Shown: positions 28,326-37,464 of the stretch, piece after piece
Layout of the letters: each line of letters opens with the position of its first letter
How positions within the stretch are numbered: the stretch's first letter is position 1
Source of the DNA: Candidatus Poribacteria bacterium
GTDB lineage: Bacteria > Poribacteria > WGA-4E > WGA-3G
DNA: 64,000 nucleotides
Assembly: GCA_965205015.1 (NCBI GenBank)
Contig: OZ242029.1
Location: forward strand, 2,176,001-2,240,000
Direction: 5' to 3'
Position numbers and translations under genes: made by a program
The notes under the pieces: model-generated
What the model saw: the letters and a program-made list of their open reading frames with translations, nothing else
Databases searched by the model: none
Told to the model about the DNA's origin: nothing

Positions 28326-29498
28326 TTACTTCTGCAATTTCGCCTTTAATTCAGCGAGGTCCTTGTCAAGCGATGCCTCTTCAGCATAGTTCGAAAATTC
28401 ACGCTCTAATTTCATATCCTGATATGCCACATCTACTTCAGCTGCTGCTTTCGCCAAGGTGGCCGCCTCGGTCGCATCCTGCTCCGTTTTTGCAAGCGCG
28501 TCGAGTGCTTTGCTGTCCTGTATCTCTTTTAACATCTCGCGCAGATGCGCTTCAGCGTCGATGTTTCTGTGTTGTGCCATGACAACAGTTTTTTTCCCCT
28601 CCGCTTCCATCGCTTTCTGCTGAAGATGCTCGAGGAGATCATTGAAATTTCGGACCATCTCTTTCTGTTCTTCCCACTGGTTTTTGTATTGATCCGCTAA
28701 CCGTCGATATTCGTTCCGTTTTTCCAAATCTTCACGAGCCAGATCTTCGCGTCCGGCTTCGAGAGATATAATCGCGCGTTCTTGCCACTGTTCAGCTTGG
28801 GAAACAGCACTTTCATAAGCATCCTGAAACTGTTTTTCAACACCGATAGAAGCGTTAACCTTCTCACGTGCTTCCGCAAGCCTGTCTTTCAGCTCAACGA
28901 TAATACCCTCTAAAACCCGCTCTGGGTCTTCAGTTTCAATCTCAGTCTGCTCCGATTCGGGTTCAAACTTCACAACAACCGTCTCTGCGAATTTATCTCC
29001 CATCCGCTGCCGTTTTTTTCCAAGTGTCCAGAGAGAATCCAGAGGTTGAAAGACGCTTGTGAGTCGGCGAATAAAAGAATCTTTGAAACTACACGGTTTA
29101 CCATCTTTCAATTTTAGCACCTGTAAGGACAGCAGTTTTTTGCCAAATCCCTGTCCATTTTTGAAGCCATCTATGAGAAACATGCTGGCTATCCACAAGA
29201 CGGTACCACTCTTCGCTAAAGTCTCGGGATTATTATGTCCCCACGGTCCGAACAGGAAAACTAAAAGCAATTGCGCGACAACCAATACATTTCTTGGGAG
29301 TTTCGTTTTAGGTCCTAATATCCACAGTAATGCACTGAGCAATCCAATCTGGACAAAACTGGGACTTACAGCTGCGAGAAGAAGGAATAAAGCGAGTAGG
29401 ATACTCGCTAAGAACATTCCATCAATGAAAAACGCGAACAATCGCGCAAATCGGGATGCCAATTTGAATTTTTTCCCTGCAATCTCAATAAACTTCAT
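28326..29498 (-). CDS. RDD domain-PspA/IM30 fusion protein, copy 2
   Basis: Same architecture as copy 1; PspA part very similar, TM region divergent. Confidence 0.88.
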   Translation of the reverse strand: MKFIEIAGKKFKLASRFARLFAFFIDGMFLASILLALFLLLAAVSPSFVQIGLLSALLWILGPKTKLPRNVLVVAQLLLVFLFGPWGHNNPETLAKSGTVLWIASMFLIDGFKNGQGFGKKLLSLQVLKLKDGKPCSFKDSFIRRLTSVFQPLDSLWTLGKKRQRMGDKFAETVVVKFEPESEQTEIETEDPERVLEGIIVELKDRLAEAREKVNASIGVEKQFQDAYESAVSQAEQWQERAIISLEAGREDLAREDLEKRNEYRRLADQYKNQWEEQKEMVRNFNDLLEHLQQKAMEAEGKKTVVMAQHRNIDAEAHLREMLKEIQDSKALDALAKTEQDATEAATLAKAAAEVDVAYQDMKLEREFSNYAEEASLDKDLAELKAKLQK

Positions 29499-29571
29499 CC
29501 TAAAACAGTCTCCTCGCTATACATATAGAGTCCGCAAGCGCAAAAAAGGATAGTCAAGTTATATTTTCTGT

Positions 29572-30177
29572 TTACGCTTTTTGTTCTACCATACTTGAGA
29601 GGATGCCGAGAATCTGGTCGCACTGTGCAATTGTGTAGACAGCCATATCAATATGCAGTTTTTGCCCCTCTAATTTGAGGAAAATCCAATCCGTGCCGGA
29701 GGTAGTCGTTCCATAGACGTATGGAATGCTATTTTTTCTTTCAGCGTTAAAGCGTTGCGCAGCGATCATCTCAGCAACGCATTGGCCCAATCCGAGTTTC
29801 ACGTCGGCATTTTTTGCTTCTACGAGCGCAATGACTGGTGCCTCTACGAAAAATTGCTCTGGCGACAAACTTATCAAAAAATCACACACCCCGGTTAAGT
29901 CATTTTCTGCATCAACGTTGAAATCAACACCCGAAAAGAGACTGATACGACGATCGAAGTGCTCGCGGAGTTCAAATAAGACATCGGTAATAATCAGCTC
30001 CGAGCGGGCCTTTTCTGTACCTATGGCAACGGCTAACGGCACCTTTTTTTTTAATTGCGTTGTAAGGTGTGAACTCGGCGTTATCGGCTCTATTTCAGAA
30101 AAGAGGTCTATAGACGCAACCCTTTCCAATTCAAACGCCATTCCAACGGATTCTAAAGTGAAATCGCTGTAAGCCAT
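29572..30177 (-). CDS. PD-(D/E)XK nuclease-fold / HsdR-N-like hypothetical protein (MAYSDFTL family)
   Basis: EKARSELII, G.CDF, VEAK, QCVAEM.AAQ.FN, TTSG..W.F. Confidence 0.65.
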   Translation of the reverse strand: MAYSDFTLESVGMAFELERVASIDLFSEIEPITPSSHLTTQLKKKVPLAVAIGTEKARSELIITDVLFELREHFDRRISLFSGVDFNVDAENDLTGVCDFLISLSPEQFFVEAPVIALVEAKNADVKLGLGQCVAEMIAAQRFNAERKNSIPYVYGTTTSGTDWIFLKLEGQKLHIDMAVYTIAQCDQILGILSSMVEQKA

Positions 30178-30198
30178 TTGATAGACCTCCCCAATGTG

Positions 30199-30228
30199 GT
30201 AGGACTGAGGTGCAAAACCTCGTCCTAC
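30199..30228. repeat. GTAG...CTAC REP-like palindrome
   Basis: GTAGGACTGAGGTGCAAAACCTCGTCCTAC. Confidence 0.65.
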
Positions 30229-30231
30229 AGA

Positions 30232-31296
30232 TCATAGAGTTGGCACTGTCACTGCCACCTCACGTCCACCAGCGTTCGAGGAATCAATAACGCCTTGAAT
30301 AATGACATTCGTGAGCATCACACCGTAAGGATCAATCGGCGACGGTTTCCCTTCACGAACAGCATCGATGAATGCCGTGTCTTCCTCATGGAACACGCTC
30401 ACCGATTCAAACGCCGTGAATTCTTGGTCAAAAATCTCACCATCTTTGTCGCCATAGACACGCACGCCGTCCTGCGGTCCGCGGACCTCGCCGATACCGA
30501 GGCGGAGTCCCGCCTTCTTGCCGAGGAAAATCGTCCCACCGAGTGAATCCATGTTCATACACCAGCACGTTTTGAAAACCATACGCGCCCCGTTCTCGAA
30601 AACCACCCAGCCGACACCGAAGTCTTCAACTTCGGTCTCTTTAAGTGCCGGGTTCCACGTGTTATGTAGACTCAGGTAGTTGGAGGTAATACCAGAAACC
30701 GCGACAGGCTTCGGATGCCCCATCAAATAGAGAGCCGTATCCAGTGCGTAAACACCGATGTCTGCAGACGCCCCTAAACCGGCGGTCGCCTTGCGGATAA
30801 AACTGCCGCCCGGATTCCCGCGCCGTCTATCTGCAACCGTTTCGACATAGTAAATATCGCCAAGGGTGCCAGCGTCAACAATCTCTTTCGCTTTAATGAC
30901 CTCTGGTGAATATCGGAGTTTCAAACCGATCATGAGGATTTTATCGTTTTCTTTTGCAGCACGCCACATTGAGGCGGCAGCGTCCAACGTCGCTTCCATC
31001 GGCTTCTCGCAGAAGACGTGTTTGCCAGCGTTCAGCGCGGCGACGGTCGGTGCCGCATGCACACCTGTCGGCGTACAGACGTACACCGCCTCAATCTCGT
31101 CCATTTTAAGCATTTCGTTGTAATCCGTGAACGTCCGCTTGATGCCCCACTGTTCTTGCGCACGTTCCAGGTTTGCAGGGACAAGGTCGGCGGCAGCGAT
31201 AATCTCAGCACCTTCAATCTCAGCAAGCGTTCGACAATGTGCTCCCGAGATACCGCCCGCCCCAATCAAGCCCAATTTAATTGTTCGCATTTCCAT
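30232..31296 (-). CDS. Gfo/Idh/MocA oxidoreductase
   Basis: GLIGAGGI, TPTGVH, GKHVFCEKP. Confidence 0.92.
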   Translation of the reverse strand: MEMRTIKLGLIGAGGISGAHCRTLAEIEGAEIIAAADLVPANLERAQEQWGIKRTFTDYNEMLKMDEIEAVYVCTPTGVHAAPTVAALNAGKHVFCEKPMEATLDAAASMWRAAKENDKILMIGLKLRYSPEVIKAKEIVDAGTLGDIYYVETVADRRRGNPGGSFIRKATAGLGASADIGVYALDTALYLMGHPKPVAVSGITSNYLSLHNTWNPALKETEVEDFGVGWVVFENGARMVFKTCWCMNMDSLGGTIFLGKKAGLRLGIGEVRGPQDGVRVYGDKDGEIFDQEFTAFESVSVFHEEDTAFIDAVREGKPSPIDPYGVMLTNVIIQGVIDSSNAGGREVAVTVPTL

Positions 31297-31372
31297 CTCC
31301 TTATTCGTATAATGTCTCCTTGATTTTAACGCATCTATGATTCAGAAGTCAAGAGAAATTCTACAACGCATG

Positions 31373-31401
31373 TTGACACAATTCCCTTCCTATGCTATAT
31401 T
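31373..31401 (+). promoter_or_regulatory. Sigma70-type promoter
   Basis: TTGACA-17 bp-TATATT with extended -10 TG. Confidence 0.6.
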
Positions 31402-31434
31402 TCAGACAGATTCTTAACATCTGAGGAGACTATT

Positions 31435-32466
31435 GTGAAAGCCGCTCAATTTTACGGTGGAAAAGACATAAGGGTTGAAACCGTTCCAGACCCAACGCCC
31501 GAAGAAGGACAAGTGTTGGTCCAAGTAGAAGCAGCAGGGATCTGTGGAAGCGACCTGCACGGGTACCATCATCAACCAGAGAAACCGCTATCGCCACGTA
31601 TTGGTGGACATGAATTGACAGGAGAGGTTGTTGACATAGGCACAGGTGTTACAACGCATGAAAAAGGCACACGCGTCGCCGTTGAACCGATCACGCCGTG
31701 TAACAACTGTCCCGAATGCTTCAACGGCTATTACAATATCTGCGGGAATCTACGGCACGGTGGCGGCGGTTTCGCGGAGTTCATGGTCGCCCGCACGCCA
31801 AACGTGTACACGTTACCCGATAGTGTCTCTGCTGAGGGCGGTGCATTGGCAGAGGTTTACGCAGTCGCCGTTCATGCCGTCAACAGAGCGATGGTATCCC
31901 CTGGAGACCGTGTCGCTATTATCGGAAGCGGTCCCGTCGGCTTAACGATCGCTCAGGTAGCCGATATCGCTGGGGCAACCTCTATCGCCATGCTCGGCAA
32001 GCCGGACGGTCCCATACAGATCGCACACGAGGCAGTCGGAGCCATGCCTATCAACGTAGATAAGACGGACGCTGTCGAGGCTATCGAGGAGTGGAGCGAT
32101 GGCAGAGGGGCGGATGTCGTCTTTGAGGCGGTTGGTGGGAGCGCGAATACACTGGAACAGGCGACAGAGATCGCCACGAAACGCGGACGCGTCTGTATGG
32201 TCGGTGGTCATCGGACACCGCTTACCTTTTCAGAACGGTTCGCACGGAGTCGAGAACTCACGGTCATCTGGTCGTTCTGCTACGGCAGACGGGGTGGGAA
32301 AACGGAGTTCCAAGTCGCCATCGACTTACTCGCTGCTGGTAAACTTGACCCGAATCCACTGATTACACATCGGTTCGACTTAGACGACGTCGCACAAGCG
32401 TTCGCAGTCGCAGCCGAACGCGATGAACACGGATCCGTCAAGGTTCTCGTCCTACCTAACAATTAA
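31435..32466 (+). CDS. Zn-dependent (MDR) alcohol/sugar dehydrogenase
   Basis: GICGSDLH, GHE, C..C..C...C structural Zn site, GSGPVG. Confidence 0.92.
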   Translation: MKAAQFYGGKDIRVETVPDPTPEEGQVLVQVEAAGICGSDLHGYHHQPEKPLSPRIGGHELTGEVVDIGTGVTTHEKGTRVAVEPITPCNNCPECFNGYYNICGNLRHGGGGFAEFMVARTPNVYTLPDSVSAEGGALAEVYAVAVHAVNRAMVSPGDRVAIIGSGPVGLTIAQVADIAGATSIAMLGKPDGPIQIAHEAVGAMPINVDKTDAVEAIEEWSDGRGADVVFEAVGGSANTLEQATEIATKRGRVCMVGGHRTPLTFSERFARSRELTVIWSFCYGRRGGKTEFQVAIDLLAAGKLDPNPLITHRFDLDDVAQAFAVAAERDEHGSVKVLVLPNN

Positions 32467-32512
32467 CGGAGGAGGTTTGTATAGCAAGTTTTAGCTTGCA
32501 AGCTACGCCAAA

Positions 32513-33148
32513 ATGGAAACTCTTAAACTACTCATATTTGTCGGAACAGAAGGAATTTACCACGATCATGCTGGGAACGGGCAGTTCTTGACACGCTTTG
32601 TCAATGACACCGATGAGATTCAAGCCGATTTCTCGCAAGACTACGATATACTTGCGAATGGACTTGACGGATACGACACCGTGCTCTTCTACACTGATGT
32701 TGGGGAACTCACGGAAGCACAGGAAGACGGTCTACTCGCCCATATCCGAACGGGCGGCGGGTTTTTTGGACTGCACACCGCAGCGGCTTCGTTCAGGAAA
32801 GCTCGTGGCTACCACGGTATGCTCAACGCGTTCTTCAACGGACACAGTCCCTATATGGACTTCACCGTTACTGTGACCGATCCGGATCATCCGATTACCG
32901 AAGGATTAACCGATTTTAAGGTGACGGATGAGCTCTATTATCTAAGGCACGAGCCCAGTATATCATACCATCTGATGCACGCCTATGACGAGACGAAAAA
33001 TGCGAGGCATGTCATGGCGTTTTACCATCCGTATGGCAAGGGCAGAGTGTTCTACTTCGCGCTCGGACACGATATGGCAGTCCTCGAGAATCCGAGTTTT
33101 CAGAGGATTATCTGCCGAGGCGCGCTGTGGGTTGGAAACCGGCTTTGA
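32513..33148 (+). CDS. ThuA-like domain protein
   Basis: YHDH, GGGFFGLH, HPIT, DELY, GKGRVFYFALGHD. Confidence 0.88.
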   Translation: METLKLLIFVGTEGIYHDHAGNGQFLTRFVNDTDEIQADFSQDYDILANGLDGYDTVLFYTDVGELTEAQEDGLLAHIRTGGGFFGLHTAAASFRKARGYHGMLNAFFNGHSPYMDFTVTVTDPDHPITEGLTDFKVTDELYYLRHEPSISYHLMHAYDETKNARHVMAFYHPYGKGRVFYFALGHDMAVLENPSFQRIICRGALWVGNRL

Positions 33149-33173
33149 AGGAAACAATGTTACCCCAGACCCG

Positions 33174-33198
33174 ATAGGTGCGGTTTCCTAACCGCACC
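33174..33198 (+). repeat. REP palindrome (copy of the 14326 element)
   Basis: ATAGGTGCGGTTTCCTAACCGCACC, between convergent genes. Confidence 0.7.
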
Positions 33199-33278
33199 GG
33201 ACTCGTGAGGAAATTACCGAATTAAATTGTTACGCTTCATGAAACCTCATCAGCGACATGAGTCGAGGTTCTAAAACC

Positions 33279-34607
33279 CTACACCATTTCACGTGCCGGA
33301 TAATGCGTATCCCCCGGCGATATATCCGTTGGGTCATTCGATACAGCCGTCTCCGGTGGCACCATAATCTGATTCTCGTTCACCGGATCATCGGTTTCCG
33401 TCCGCCATTGCTCCAAACGGTCTCGCATTTCTGCCAAAACGTCCGCGTAATCGGAGTTCTCCGCGAGGTTGTGTGCCTCCGACGGATCAAACACGACATC
33501 GTACAACCGTTCCGATTCAACCGGATCATCACCCCAACCGTGCTCCATCATAAAGGTCTTGCTAATGCTGTCATCGCAGTTCGGCAGTGCCCATTTTTCC
33601 GCAGCGTCATAACGGCGGATATATTTCCATCGCTTCGTTCGGATCGCGCGTTGGGGTTCGTAGCAGCAATGATAGTTGACTTCAGCGAAAATCGCATCGC
33701 GAACATCTTCCGCCTCACCGCGAACTAACGGAAGCACAGAATGCCCTTGGAGCCACGCCGGTGCTTCAATACCTGCCAACTCACAAATCGTCGGGAAGAG
33801 GTCAATCTGACTCACTAACCCGTCCACAACTTGTCCGCCACTAAAACCGCCGGGACCGCGAACAATAAGCATGATACCGATGCCGTGGTCGCTGAGATGA
33901 CACTTCATACGTGGGAAGGCCAGCCCGTGGTCGGTCGTGCATATCACAAGTGTGTTCTCGGTAAGCCCATTTTCCTCCAGCGCGTCAAAGACTATACCCA
34001 TTTTCCTATCAAGCGTCCGAGCCGCATCTATGTACTCCGCCATATCTTGACGAGTCACAGGTGTATCAGGGAACGGTGCAGGCGGTTTCACATAACGCGG
34101 GTCGGTTTTCGGTTCGCCATCCGGTGGTGGATCGAACCCCTTTGCTCGGCGATGCGTCTCACCAAATCCGACGTCTAAGAAAAAGGGACCATCATGTTTC
34201 TCCGAGATAAAATCGCGTGCGCGTTCTTCTGCCCCCGCACGCACGGTGCCTTCGGAGAGAAGCCGTTGATATCCTGTTTCCTTCAGATCTCGGACGACAT
34301 GCTGGAATCCTGCCAAGGCGGTGGTATATCCAGCCGCATTCAAGGTGTAGGTGATGAGGTGCTCTGGCACTGGGAGGCTCCAACCGCGGTTTGCCAACCC
34401 CCCCATACCGCAGCTATGTGCCCACTGTCCAGTGAGCAGTGCGGCGCGAGAGGGAGAACAGGTTGGATTCGCACAGAAGGCGTTTCGGAACACCACCCCT
34501 TCCTCCGCAAGTTTCTGGATATTCGGAGTCGGGATCGCATGCCCATAAGGTTGCACATACCGACCTGTATCGTGTGAATGAATGTACACTATATTGGGTT
34601 TGTTCAT
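33279..34607 (-). CDS. Sulfatase (Cys-type, sulfamidase-like)
   Basis: PNIVYIHSHD, CSPSRAALLTG, DHG.AFPR.K. Confidence 0.92.
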   Translation of the reverse strand: MNKPNIVYIHSHDTGRYVQPYGHAIPTPNIQKLAEEGVVFRNAFCANPTCSPSRAALLTGQWAHSCGMGGLANRGWSLPVPEHLITYTLNAAGYTTALAGFQHVVRDLKETGYQRLLSEGTVRAGAEERARDFISEKHDGPFFLDVGFGETHRRAKGFDPPPDGEPKTDPRYVKPPAPFPDTPVTRQDMAEYIDAARTLDRKMGIVFDALEENGLTENTLVICTTDHGLAFPRMKCHLSDHGIGIMLIVRGPGGFSGGQVVDGLVSQIDLFPTICELAGIEAPAWLQGHSVLPLVRGEAEDVRDAIFAEVNYHCCYEPQRAIRTKRWKYIRRYDAAEKWALPNCDDSISKTFMMEHGWGDDPVESERLYDVVFDPSEAHNLAENSDYADVLAEMRDRLEQWRTETDDPVNENQIMVPPETAVSNDPTDISPGDTHYPAREMV

Positions 34608-34638
34608 GTCGTAACCTTTAATATAAAGTTAATATAAA

Positions 34639-34662
34639 GTAGGCGCGCTTACGAAGCGCGCC
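34639..34662 (+). repeat. GTAG-type REP palindrome
   Basis: GTAGGCGCGCTTACGAAGCGCGCC. Confidence 0.65.
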
Positions 34663-34716
34663 GATTCTGCAAAAAACTTCTTTATTTCTCAAGAACTCTT
34701 GGACATAAGCCGGGAG

Positions 34717-34929
34717 TTACTCCGGCTGGAGGTGTGCCCGGGCAGCATCTTCCTCCAAAAGGTGCCAGTCTCGCGTAAGCATAGCTTCACTGAGCAAGGC
34801 GATTTCAGGAACTCGGAGTTCCTCGCTGAAAATTGTCGCAAACGTCTGTCTGAGTTTCGGCAACCGGTTTCGTCGAGTTAATTTCGCAGTGCTCTGTGCA
34901 TTGAGTGTCGTTTCAACAATTCTTGACAT
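34717..34929 (-). CDS. Small putative antitoxin-like protein (orphan, possibly degenerate)
   Basis: GGAGG RBS then ATG at 34929; C-terminal ALLSEAMLTRDWHLLEEDAARAHL resembles the SE..L.KDW..PEED.AW..L antitoxin motif. Confidence 0.55.
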   Translation of the reverse strand: MSRIVETTLNAQSTAKLTRRNRLPKLRQTFATIFSEELRVPEIALLSEAMLTRDWHLLEEDAARAHLQPE

Positions 34930-35081
34930 GGTACACCTCCTATGAACGTGTCGCTCCACCAAAACTAAGAGCGAATAGGAAAGACAATACATATCTGGGT
35001 AATGCTGTATAATCCCAGTATACTTTAAATGCGCAAAAATGTCAAGAAATTTTTTTAGTCCCATATCCATTCAGTTCTCTT

Positions 35082-35156
35082 GTAGGAGTGAGCTGTGCTC
35101 GCGACGCGCTGGCGCGTAGGCTGGATTGAATGCCTCTGAAAAATCCAAAACCCAAC
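35082..35156 (+). repeat. Cluster of two GTAG-type REP-like elements
   Basis: GTAGGAGTGAGCTGTGCTCGCGAC, and GTAGGCTGGATTGAA...AAACCCAAC (related to the 36249 element). Confidence 0.55.
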
Positions 35157-35301
35157 AACATACCCCTTAACTGCATTTAAATTGCGATTTTTGTGGGGCT
35201 TTGGTATCCTGTTGACAGATAAACAAAAATGCGTTTGATACAGACCTTGAGAGGGACAAACCTTTAGTTACCGAACACATCATTGAATAGAGGAGACACC
35301 C

Positions 35302-36237
35302 ATGGCACAACGAGAAACGCTACCTTTCGTAGAGTCGACAGGCAGTTTTGCAAATGCAAGATACCGAGGCACCCGTATGCCGCCACCAGAGTGGGTGGAA
35401 AATCCCGATGAACGGAAGAGCATGTATGTACGGGAATCGATCAAGGTTTACAACGGGCGTCTGTTGCAACCCCCTCCAAACCTGGAGGCGAACGGCTTCC
35501 AGTTGGTAGACGCAGATACACAGGTGAGAAATCTTCACGATCAGGATGCCGTAACGACGCGCTTCTACCAGGAGTGCACTGACCTCATCACAGCAATTAC
35601 AGGGTGCAGCGAAACACGGGTGATGCAACACCAATATCGAAATGGGTTCGGTGGACTTCCTAAGGGACACCCGCGTGGCGATAAACCAACGGCAAATGGA
35701 AGTGAAGGCACCTACGGTGGCATCCATTCAGATGTCAGTCCGTATTCCGAAGACGGGTTTGAAAAGATTGCCAACGGAAAGCACTTTCAGATGTACAATG
35801 TATGGCGGAGTACCGATCTGGAGAGAGACATTTACGTCATGCCACTCGCCATTTGCGACATGGCGACGGTTACAAGAGAGGATATAATTGCCGCCGATGC
35901 GTGGTCCCAGACAGAAACGCCGAGACGACTTGTCAGTTTGCGGCTTGTACATAGCCCGAATCAGCGGTGGTACTACTTTCCGCGGATGACACCCCAGGAG
36001 ACGCTGATTTTCAAGCAGTACGACACACGTCAAGAACAATCTAACATGCGCACAGCCTTCCACGGTGCAATAGACGATCCAACGACACCGGAAGACGCGC
36101 CGCTTCGTGAAACCATTGAAGTGCGCTTACTTGCCCTGTTCGATGAAGACACGGATCGGGAGACAAGAAAGGCAAGATTTCAAGCCGAGGTCCCCGAGAC
36201 CCACGCTGATGGCAACATCTCTGATTGGGTACAGTGA
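35302..36237 (+). CDS. CmcJ/NvfI (AsaB-like) Fe/2OG-type oxidoreductase
   Basis: L...GFQL, HSD, NVWRS, PLAICD, WYYFPRMTP.E.LIFKQYD, H.A..DP, RETIEVR. Confidence 0.85.
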   Translation: MAQRETLPFVESTGSFANARYRGTRMPPPEWVENPDERKSMYVRESIKVYNGRLLQPPPNLEANGFQLVDADTQVRNLHDQDAVTTRFYQECTDLITAITGCSETRVMQHQYRNGFGGLPKGHPRGDKPTANGSEGTYGGIHSDVSPYSEDGFEKIANGKHFQMYNVWRSTDLERDIYVMPLAICDMATVTREDIIAADAWSQTETPRRLVSLRLVHSPNQRWYYFPRMTPQETLIFKQYDTRQEQSNMRTAFHGAIDDPTTPEDAPLRETIEVRLLALFDEDTDRETRKARFQAEVPETHADGNISDWVQ

Positions 36238-36248
36238 TGACCAGTACC

Positions 36249-36350
36249 GTAGGGTGGGTTGAACGAAACTCAGAAAACCGATACGAGAGTTCCTAATCCA
36301 TCAAATCTAACAGAGGAACGTATATACCCAAAAACCAAGTGAAACCCAAC
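36249..36350 (+). repeat. GTAG-type REP-like element with long loop
   Basis: GTAGGGTGGGTTGAACG...GTGAAACCCAAC, between convergent genes. Confidence 0.55.
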
Positions 36351-36375
36351 TTCATCAGGAGTGTTTGATATCCAA

Positions 36376-37428
36376 TTAGCGATCTGCCGCCGCTTGTTTC
36401 GCCTTGTTGATCTCCGTCAACACATTCATGGCGTGCAGGGACTCCGCTTTATCGTATTGCGGGCACTGACGCAAACCGGCGGCAAGACAGCGATGGATGG
36501 CTTCAGCTTGGTAGAGAAATCCGTGTTGATTCGGAGAAGATCTCGTCATCGCTACAGATCCCGGCAACGGATACTCAAAGTAATGTAACGGAGCAGGTGC
36601 GTTTCGGGTCCTGTATTGCGAAGGCACGCCGTTGGGCGGTGGAATCCGGATAGAGATACGCGTCGGGCAATGTCCCGGACGCTCAAGCGTGATGCGTCCC
36701 GCTGTACCGACAAGTTCTGTCACCTCTGGGAGTTCCGAGGTGCGAGGCGGGAAGGTCAGTATCGCGTATTTGTCCTCACCGTAGTCCACAATTGCGCCAC
36801 CGGCATTGTTGACGACGACAGTGACCGATATCGGCACGGCAGAAGCCCCGAATGCCAGCGGTGCTGCTTGGACGGTATAGATCGGGTCGAAAAAATCGGA
36901 TTGTGTTAGCACAACCTCTCCAATCGTACCTGCCTCAATGGCGACACGGGCATGCTCCACGGCAGGAAAGAAACGGGTCCACATACCGTCCTGCATCATC
37001 ACATCCTGTTCCTCGGCTGCTGCATACATCTCTTGCGCATCGGAGAGGGTCTCGGTGAGAGGTTTCTCGCAGAGCACATGTTTACCTCCCTCAATGGCGA
37101 GAAGGGTATGTTCCTTGTGCAGTCGGTTGATCGTGCCGATGTATACAATATCTATGTCATCGGCTGCAACCATTTCCCTATAGTTCCCGTAAGCAGTCGC
37201 GACGCCATACTGTCTCGCGAACGCTTTCGCTCGGTCAAGGTCCCGTGCCGCCACGGCGGTTACAGTTGCGCCTTCGCAAGCGTGTAGAGCCTCTACCCAC
37301 ATCGCCGAGATGTTACCAGCACCGAGAATACCCCAACGTAACGGAAATGCGACATCTGCCGCATCTGTAACCCCTCGGCGGATGTCCAGTGGTGTTGAGA
37401 GGGGCATATTATTTCGCATCGAATTCAT
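36376..37428 (-). CDS. Gfo/Idh/MocA oxidoreductase (dihydrodiol/xylose dehydrogenase-like)
   Basis: RWGILGAGNI, GKHVLCEKP, MWTRFFP. Confidence 0.9.
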   Translation of the reverse strand: MNSMRNNMPLSTPLDIRRGVTDAADVAFPLRWGILGAGNISAMWVEALHACEGATVTAVAARDLDRAKAFARQYGVATAYGNYREMVAADDIDIVYIGTINRLHKEHTLLAIEGGKHVLCEKPLTETLSDAQEMYAAAEEQDVMMQDGMWTRFFPAVEHARVAIEAGTIGEVVLTQSDFFDPIYTVQAAPLAFGASAVPISVTVVVNNAGGAIVDYGEDKYAILTFPPRTSELPEVTELVGTAGRITLERPGHCPTRISIRIPPPNGVPSQYRTRNAPAPLHYFEYPLPGSVAMTRSSPNQHGFLYQAEAIHRCLAAGLRQCPQYDKAESLHAMNVLTEINKAKQAAADR

Positions 37429-37464
37429 AACGGTCTCCCTTCGTCAAAACGGATCCGGTTAACT

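Noticed and set aside
34618-34640. 11-bp tandem TTAATATAAAG upstream of the sulfatase
   Set aside because: Two copies of an AT-rich word; cannot distinguish an operator from slippage
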